Source of the DNA: Octopus sinensis
Taxonomy: Eukaryota
Assembly: GCF_006345805.1 (NCBI RefSeq)
Contig: NW_021825531.1
Span: forward strand, 1-14,962
Direction of reading: 5' to 3'
DNA: 14,962 nucleotides
How positions within the stretch are numbered: position 1 is the first letter of the stretch; every line of letters starts with the position of its first letter. This document shows, in pieces, positions 8,786 through 14,962 of the stretch. Under the pieces are notes generated by a model. That model saw only the letters and a list, made by a program, of their open reading frames with translations, was not told the DNA's origin and searched no databases. Both the position numbers and the translations under genes were made by a program.

Positions 8786-9041
8786 TTGCATCGTGGAAGG
8801 TGTTTATAAGCCATTTAAAACACACACAAAAAGACTTCGTGCAGCACGAAGCTTTGTCAGTGAACAGGTCACGATTTTAAAGCGGCGAAGATCTTTTGAC
8901 ACAAATTAAATTTAAATGTCGAAGAGAATATAAAGATTTTTAAAGTTTTTAAATGGCTTATAAACACCTTCCACGCTGCAATTGCTTTTGTCTCAGCACA
9001 CAATATCAGATCAAGTCACTTGCTATGCAAGTACTTCTCCG
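8783..9041 (+). mobile_element. Probable Penelope-like element (PLE) terminal-repeat fragment with an inverted 5' piece
   Basis: 38-bp inverted repeat 8783-8820 versus 8947-8984 (1 mismatch); sequence continues 57 bp beyond the right arm; flanked by (AAT)n on both sides; contains a minimal hammerhead-like fold. PLE identity is inferred from this architecture plus recall of similar octopus sequence; no ORF is present. Confidence 0.55.
8855..8901 (+). ncRNA. Candidate degenerate minimal type I hammerhead ribozyme motif (variant core)
   Basis: Stem I TGTCA(8855-59)/TGACA(8897-8901). Core GTGAACA (8860-66) in place of CTGANGA. Extra G8867. Stem II GTCAC/GCGGC (one G-U, one mismatch). GAAG in place of GAAA. 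Very short stem III then U-U-U. Confidence 0.4.
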
Positions 9042-9620
9042 TAATAATAATAATTTCATTTATTTGCCACGGGGCGAAGGATGAGGGGGAACAATACAAA
9101 GACAGGCATAAGGTGTGGTGTGTGTGTGGGGGGTTACATATAATGAAATGATAAAAAAAGGAAAGAAAGAAAGAAATTAAGTATACACCGTATACATTGA
9201 AAAAGAAAAGACATATACATAGCATACAAAGGTTTTTAAAAAAGTGGCAGGGAGAATGATAGAAATGTGACCCTCCTGATAAAGGAAAGCCTCTAAGGAT
9301 AATCGAGGAATCCCACTGTCCGAGATTTCCTGAAGCCTCAGGAGCAAGTGCCCTCTCCAATTCTTTCTCCCCGACTCACAGAGGTACCATCCACTTTTGC
9401 CATTTTCGCAGCTTCCAATAAACTCACTCGAGGACAGCACTTCCCTCTCCACTCCCATTTTCCTTTTCAAATGGAACTACAAGAAGTCAATGAGAGCTCC
9501 ACCAAAGAGGAATGTATGTGTCCTCATGTCTTTCAGCCTTGTCCATCAAATCCCTTCTTTCGCCAGAGACCCCAGGCAGAGGAAAAGTGCCTCGCCTGCC
9601 CGATTAAAGGACGGTGATAG
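9042..9620 (-). mobile_element. 5'-truncated L1/Tx1-clade LINE: ORF2 C-terminus, 3' UTR, AATAAA and (TTA)n tail
   Basis: Minus-strand translation from 9620: LSPSFNRAGEALFLCLGSLAKEGI*WTRLKDMRTHTFLFGGALIDFL*FHLKRKMGVEREVLSSSEFI, then a frameshift to AAKMAKVDGTSV. The AK..IW..R motif is typical of the L1/Tx1 ORF2 end. The element ends GTGGCAAATAAATGAAA(TTA)4. Confidence 0.72.
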
Positions 9621-9636
9621 TGCGATCATCACTACT

Positions 9637-9847
9637 CCTTTCTGCTAAAGGCACAAGGTCTGAAATTATGAGGGGGGTGCTAGTCGATTACATCAACTCC
9701 AGCGTTACACTGGTACTTTATTTATCGACCTCGAAAGAGTGAACAGCAAAGTCATCCTCGGTGGGATTTGAACTCACAACGTAGCAAAGTGCGGATCACT
9801 GCTAAGTATTTCGTCCAGTCTGCTAACGATACTGCCAGCTCGCCGCC
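9637..9847 (-). mobile_element. tRNA-derived SINE, family 1, tail Y (copy C, older and diverged)
   Basis: Reverse complement: GGCGGCGAGCTGGCAGTATCGTTAGC...GAGTTCAAATCCC...TCGAGGTCGATAAATAAAGTACCAG...AATTTCAGACCTTGTGCCTTTAGCAGAAAGG. Confidence 0.9.
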
Positions 9848-9856
9848 TCAATATTA

Positions 9857-9887
<31 letters not shown>

Positions 9888-9888
<1 letters not shown>

Positions 9889-10443
9889 GAGTGAGCGAGC
9901 AGAGCATGCCATCAAAGTGACACTGGGGTAAAATATACGAAGCCCAGTATACCCATCATGACTACCCGTCTGATAAGGGTACACCAGGCACATGCATCAC
10001 AACCATATGTGCGCGACATGGTGATCTCATATCAAGATAAACAGCACATGACCTTGCAGGTGGAGCCCAGTTAGAAATTTCTTCAGATCGAGTAACCCAT
10101 CCCGCTCAAAAGGTCCTGAATAAGGGTTGTTTAAGGACGTTGAACGAAACACCCATGTTTCAGAGGTAAATTATTCAAACCCCAAAGAATCCTTCTCAAC
10201 ACATGGCTATGATGCTCCCCCACTACTTCTGCTCGTGATCAGAGATGCACATATCGTCAGCCATGGACATGCTCAAGGTAGCAAACTGGTTAAGTCAAAC
10301 AATGACAAGCAAATCTGTGGTATTGAGCAGAATATTTGCTGTAGCCCATCTTTTATACCAAGACAAACAATGTACATGATAACACTTCCAATCAGTTAAG
10401 ATCAGAAGCCATGAGAGCCACTGCCTGGTACTGCATCAGGGCA
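9888..10443. mobile_element. 556-bp unclassified interspersed element embedded in (TTA)n
   Basis: Sharply bounded complex-sequence block between two (TTA)n tracts, with TG...CA ends and no convincing ORF. Recalled as an abundant octopus repeat (not verified). Confidence 0.65.
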
Positions 10444-10466
10444 TTATTATTATTATTATTCTATTA

Positions 10467-10504
<38 letters not shown>

Positions 10505-10588
10505 TATTATTATTATTATTATCATTATTATCATTATTATCATTATTATTATATTATTATTATTATTATTATATTATTATTATTATTA

Positions 10589-10630
<42 letters not shown>

Positions 10631-10635
10631 TATTA
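10444..10635. repeat. Imperfect (TTA)n microsatellite
   Basis: Read directly. Confidence 0.96.
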
Positions 10636-11049
10636 CTGAGAAATGACACATCAGTGTATCAGTTACAGTTTTGTATATGAAATCTGATACTAGTCTGAAA
10701 TGACTATGTAACTGTGAATGGCAGCTTACAAATAGGCGTTTTAATTGAAAATAAGGAGGTAACAACACATTGACTATGTTTATGAGTGTGTGTATGTGAT
10801 TTTATGTTTGCATGTGTGTGTATGTGCGTGTGTATTGCATAATACATTGTAATATATAATACATATACGATATACGCATACATCCACGTAGAGATAAGTA
10901 CACGTTTATTTACATGTGCGAATGCCTTTGCATATTTCCATGTATCCATATATACATACACACATACACACACACACACACATTATATGTGAGTGTGTGT
11001 ACGTATGTATGTATTTACACATATGTATATGATTTGAATTGACTATATG

Positions 11050-11086
<37 letters not shown>

Positions 11087-11429
11087 ATAAATATATAACT
11101 GAATAATACAAAGTCAACAAGATGTAAGGTTGGACAGTTATTTTCTAAATCCTAACACAAGCTTCCATACAACATAGTTCTTCATATATGCAGTTATTTG
11201 ATTTATGAAACGGTTTACCTGTATATTGGGATCCTGGTGTATTTGTTCAGGTGATATTCAATTGCTGTCGCCGTCAGTTAAAAAAAAACCTTCGACTTCG
11301 AATCGATGCTAATACATCCATCTGCCTCGTTTGGGTGTAGCAGACGGTGGGTGTTTCATTCTGCTTACTGTTAACGTGCTTCTGCGTGGTGCCAGCTATG
11401 TATATATATATATATATAATGTATGTATA

Positions 11430-12520
11430 CAGGGGTTGGACAAAGAAATTTATTTTAATATGGGGTAAGACCGCCTTTGGCAGTAATTACAACTTGAATT
11501 CTACGAGCTATGGACTCGTACAAAGTTTGAATTGTTTCCAAAGGAATTTTTGTCCATTCTTCAGCTAAAACAGTCTGTAGTTCTTGTAGTGATGATGGTG
11601 GATGATATCGACACCTTACTTGTTTTTCTAAAATGCACCATAAATGTTCGATGATATTGAGATCTGGGAACTATAGTGGCCAGATGAGAATGTTCCTCGT
11701 GCCATTCAGTAACAACGTTAGCGGTGTGAATTGGTGCATTATCATTCTAAAAGAATGCGTTTCCCACCAGAAACAGTTCCGCAACCATAGGATGAGTTTG
11801 ATCACATAAAATGCTTAGTCTTCCATGAAGGGAGACCATTAGGCCGGCAGATTTCCACCATATAGCCCCGCACTCCCGATCATCACAGGTCCTCTTCCAT
11901 GTTTAACAGTTGGAAGAAGGCAGTCCGGGTCAAATGCTTCTTTTGGCTGTCTCCATACGTATACTCGGCCGGTGGTCAGAAATATGGTAATGGATGACTC
12001 GTCCGAGAAAATAACATTCTTCCACTGCTCTAGGGACCAATTCTATAGGTTTTTACTCCACTCTAAACGCTTTTCAACGTTTGTTTTTGAAAGTAGTGGT
12101 TTTCTGATTGCAGCTCTCCTGTGAAAACCGGCTTTGTGCAGCTCCTGGTAAATAATTTTTGTGGAAACTGGGTTCTCGGGGTAGGCATTAAGCTCTGCAG
12201 TAATATTGGGAGCTGAACGTTTGTGATCCTTTCTAACAATTTGTGTAAGAGTGGGACGGTCCCTATCTGAAAGTTTTGGTTTTTGTTCTGGAGTTTTGTT
12301 TCGACGAGGAGACTTTTCCCTCTTTCTCAAAGGTTGTAATTACTTTCGAGACAGTACTTCTTGATACACTAAACATTTCGTCTGTTTTCGTTATGCTAGC
12401 GCCTGCCATACGAGCACCAATAATTTGATCTCTTTGAAAGTCTGAGAGATCTGTCATTTTAATGAATTTTAGTTACCCTCTGATGCGGATATCTAAAAGA
12501 AACATCAAATTTAACAAAAT
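11430..12520 (-). mobile_element. Decayed Tc1-family DNA transposon; one TIR stub, the other end missing
   Basis: TA then CAGGGGTTGGACAAA at 11428-11444, next to a (TA)n tract. Transposase pseudogene inside. No reverse-complement TIR (TTTGTCCAACCCCTG) found upstream of the ATG. The right boundary is approximate. Confidence 0.9.
11455..12457 (-). pseudogene. Tc1-like transposase pseudogene with multiple stops, frameshifts and deletions
   Basis: Paired-like N-terminus MTDLSDFQRDQIIGARMAGASI; frameshift in a T-run at 12280-12284; RKPLLSKTNVEKRLEW; WKNVIFSDES (first D at 12001-12003); TVKHG; *NDNAPIHT; WPL*FPDLNIIEHLW; ...AKGGLTPY* (stop 11455-11457). Confidence 0.95.
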
Positions 12521-13237
12521 TTCACAGTTCTTTGACGTCTAATCAGAAGACAAAGATTCCCTTCATTCTTCTTCCCACGAAGAAAACTTGCAGAAAATAT
12601 ATTTTTAAATGAGACTAAAACCAGAACTGAACCTCTCCAGGACGGGTAATCCTCCGGCAAATATAATTTCTTATTTGGCAGATGAATTATTGTAGATATT
12701 TCAATCGAAAATATTGCATAATAATTTCCATGTACCTACTGAATATCATAGATTATTATCCACGTAATGAAGTTTTTTATGACGCAAATGATGCCCGTAC
12801 GATTAAAAATATCATCCAGATGCTCATCAACACGAAACTTTCAAGAAAATATTCAGTCTTCTTGCATTTGGTTTAACTCAAACGAAACGAAACAAACGTC
12901 TACGAAACCATAACGTTCCTGTATCTAAGCGAAAACTCCTTTTACTGCTGTCATCTCTGGCCACCCGTTACTGAGCTTTTGGTGTATCCATGTCAGGTCG
13001 TACCATCTTGACCCTGTATAGACTTCTGTTGGATAATATAGGCACACGCACACACACAAATACAGCGGATGTGCTGCAGCAGCTATAGTTTGTTGAATTG
13101 AATACCATACTCGTGTAGTAGATATTTCCTGCAGACCAACGATAGAATAAAAGAAAATGTCCAAGTTAAGTGGCTGGATTTGAACTCTGTAAAGGCGTTA
13201 CTGACTGTGGTCCTTTTCAGACTTCACAATAAATATC

Positions 13238-13620
13238 GGGGAAGCACTCCGTCGGTTACGACGACGAGGGTTCCGGTTGATCCGATCAACGGAACAGCCT
13301 GCTCGTGAAATTAACGTGTAAGTGGCTGAGCACTCCACAGACACGTGTACCCTTAACGTAGTTCTCGGGGATATTCAGCGTGACACAGAGAGTGACAAGG
13401 CCGGCCCCTTGAAATACAAGTACAACAGAAACAGGAAGTAAGAGTGAGAGAAAGTTGTGATGAAAGAGTACAGCAGGGATCACCACCATCCCTGCCGGAG
13501 CCTCGTGGAGCTTTATGTGTTTTCGCTCAATAAACACTCACAACGCCCGGTCTGGGAATCGAAACCGCGATCCTATGACCGCGAGTCCGCTGTCCTAACC
13601 ACTGGGCCATTGCGCCTCCA
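13238..13620 (-). mobile_element. Full-length tRNA-derived SINE, family 2, with a perfect 13-bp target-site duplication
   Basis: Reverse complement starts TGGAGGCGCAATGGCCCAGTGGTTAGG. A box at 13599-13609, B box GGTTTCGATTCC at 13555-13566. TSD CACAATAAATATC at 13225-13237 and 13621-13633. Confidence 0.95.
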
Positions 13621-13681
13621 CACAATAAATATCACAGTGAATTGCATTAGGTGTTTAGTAATAGTAACAGTTTCAAAGTTT

Positions 13682-13705
13682 GGCGCAAGGCCTGAATTTA
13701 GGGAG
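13682..13705 (-). mobile_element. Remnant of the family 1 SINE tail Y
   Basis: GGCGCAAGGCCTGAATTTAGGGA resembles GGCACAAGGTCTGAAATTATGAGGG at 9650-9674. Confidence 0.4.
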
Positions 13706-14521
13706 TTTAGTTGCATGATTATTTTCTTTTTTATGATAAAAGCTTGCATGTTTTCGAAAAACTAGGAATGGTATTTAAGCAAAGTCCCATCACTATATAT
13801 CTTTGAGAGGACTGATAAAGTTCGTTGATTAGTTATCGTTAGTTGTATTCATGCAACATTTTGCAAGAGGCATATCAATTCTATAAATGTTCCCTCAGCG
13901 CAACATAGCAAGTGAGTTTGCATATATTTTACTATACAAAATCTCAGACTGAGGGATACTGAAATGCAATAATTGATCAATATAGCACAAACCCGTTTCA
14001 TTTAGATTCTGTAATATTCATAGAGAAAACGTTTCCGTATATTTTCTAAGAGGCTGCTCTTAATTGCCTCCTCTTCTTTTTTTATTGTCGCTGAATTCTG
14101 CCACCAGCAATGCATACATATCTGCCTCCCGGAATCTAATTGCACAAACTTTCATATATATTTGTACTTGCATATGTGCATGCATTTATGAACTCCACCT
14201 ATATTTATTCACACATACACAATTACGCAGTCACACATCTACTTCATGTTTCTCACACGGACGTGATACCTGTGAATATTGAAAGGAAGCAGACATATTG
14301 CCGCCTTTAGTACAGTTAATACTTGTCTAGGTCAACGATAAAATGCTGGAAGCCATCATGAACTCAATATTGACATCAAATTAACAGAGACGGGGTGCAG
14401 GAGTAAGAAATTTCAATATTGTCGGGATTGCAGTATTTCAGAGTTTGAAAACTGCTGGGTTTGCATACTGTATTGTACACATACACACAAATTATATCTA
14501 TCACTCTCTTTCTATTCCCCC

Positions 14522-14656
<135 letters not shown>

Positions 14657-14962
14657 TTCTACCAAAATATCTCTCAACCTATTTCTCTCTTTCTCTCACC
14701 GTCTTACTCTTTCTCACACACCTACACACATACCCACTCTCTCACCATGAATACTTTCTATTTGTCTTCCTCTCGTAGGTATATTCACTTGTACTACATC
14801 TTATGCAGGCACGCCATGCTGTCTCACACACATAAAAGCATTTCCACTCATAAAGAGGCATGTGCGCTTGTTGGCACAAACTTGTGTACGTGTGTCGGTA
14901 TGTACATATTTGTGTGTGATATAGATAGTGTATATAGATATCTGCCTACATACAAACATATA

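Noticed and set aside
8783-8984. Simple MITE defined by 38-bp TIRs
   Set aside because: There is no TSD at those ends and related sequence continues to 9041; a PLE-type inversion is preferred, though a MITE is not excluded.
9348-9648. Plus-strand ORFs of 89 and 83 aa
   Set aside because: They are antisense shadows of the LINE ORF2 remnant.
10360-10443. HDV-like, twister or pistol ribozyme at the end of the 556-bp element
   Set aside because: I could not identify the required P1/P1.1 pairings or conserved motifs by eye; only a plain hairpin is evident.
13176-13187. Isolated B-box-like GGATTTGAACTC (also about 8002-8013)
   Set aside because: Too short to call; probably eroded SINE remnants rather than promoters.

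Overview
AT-rich, repeat-saturated eukaryotic non-coding DNA, very probably from an octopus or other coleoid cephalopod. That assignment is inferred from the SINE families and microsatellite load and was not database-checked. No intact host protein-coding gene is supported; the long ORFs are artefacts of (ATC)n/(GAT)n/(TA)n repeats or of mobile elements. Bases 1-3560 are trinucleotide and GT-type simple repeats, including a (GAT)n/(ATC)n fold-back. Bases 4800-13620 hold several copies of two tRNA-derived SINE families, a 107-bp mariner-like MITE and a decayed Tc1 transposon. They also hold a continuous retroelement pile-up at 8175-10635: two REL-type LINE ends, a Penelope-like terminal fragment, a Tx1/L1 LINE end, a SINE and a 556-bp orphan element. 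The best leads are (1) a hammerhead-ribozyme-like fold with a G3:C8 core swap in the Penelope-like fragment, (2) a SINE 3' tail homologous to the 3' end of the Tx1/L1 LINE in the same window, (3) one SINE head/core carrying three interchangeable tails and forming a tandem concatemer, and (4) a head-to-head inverted SINE pair able to form dsRNA.
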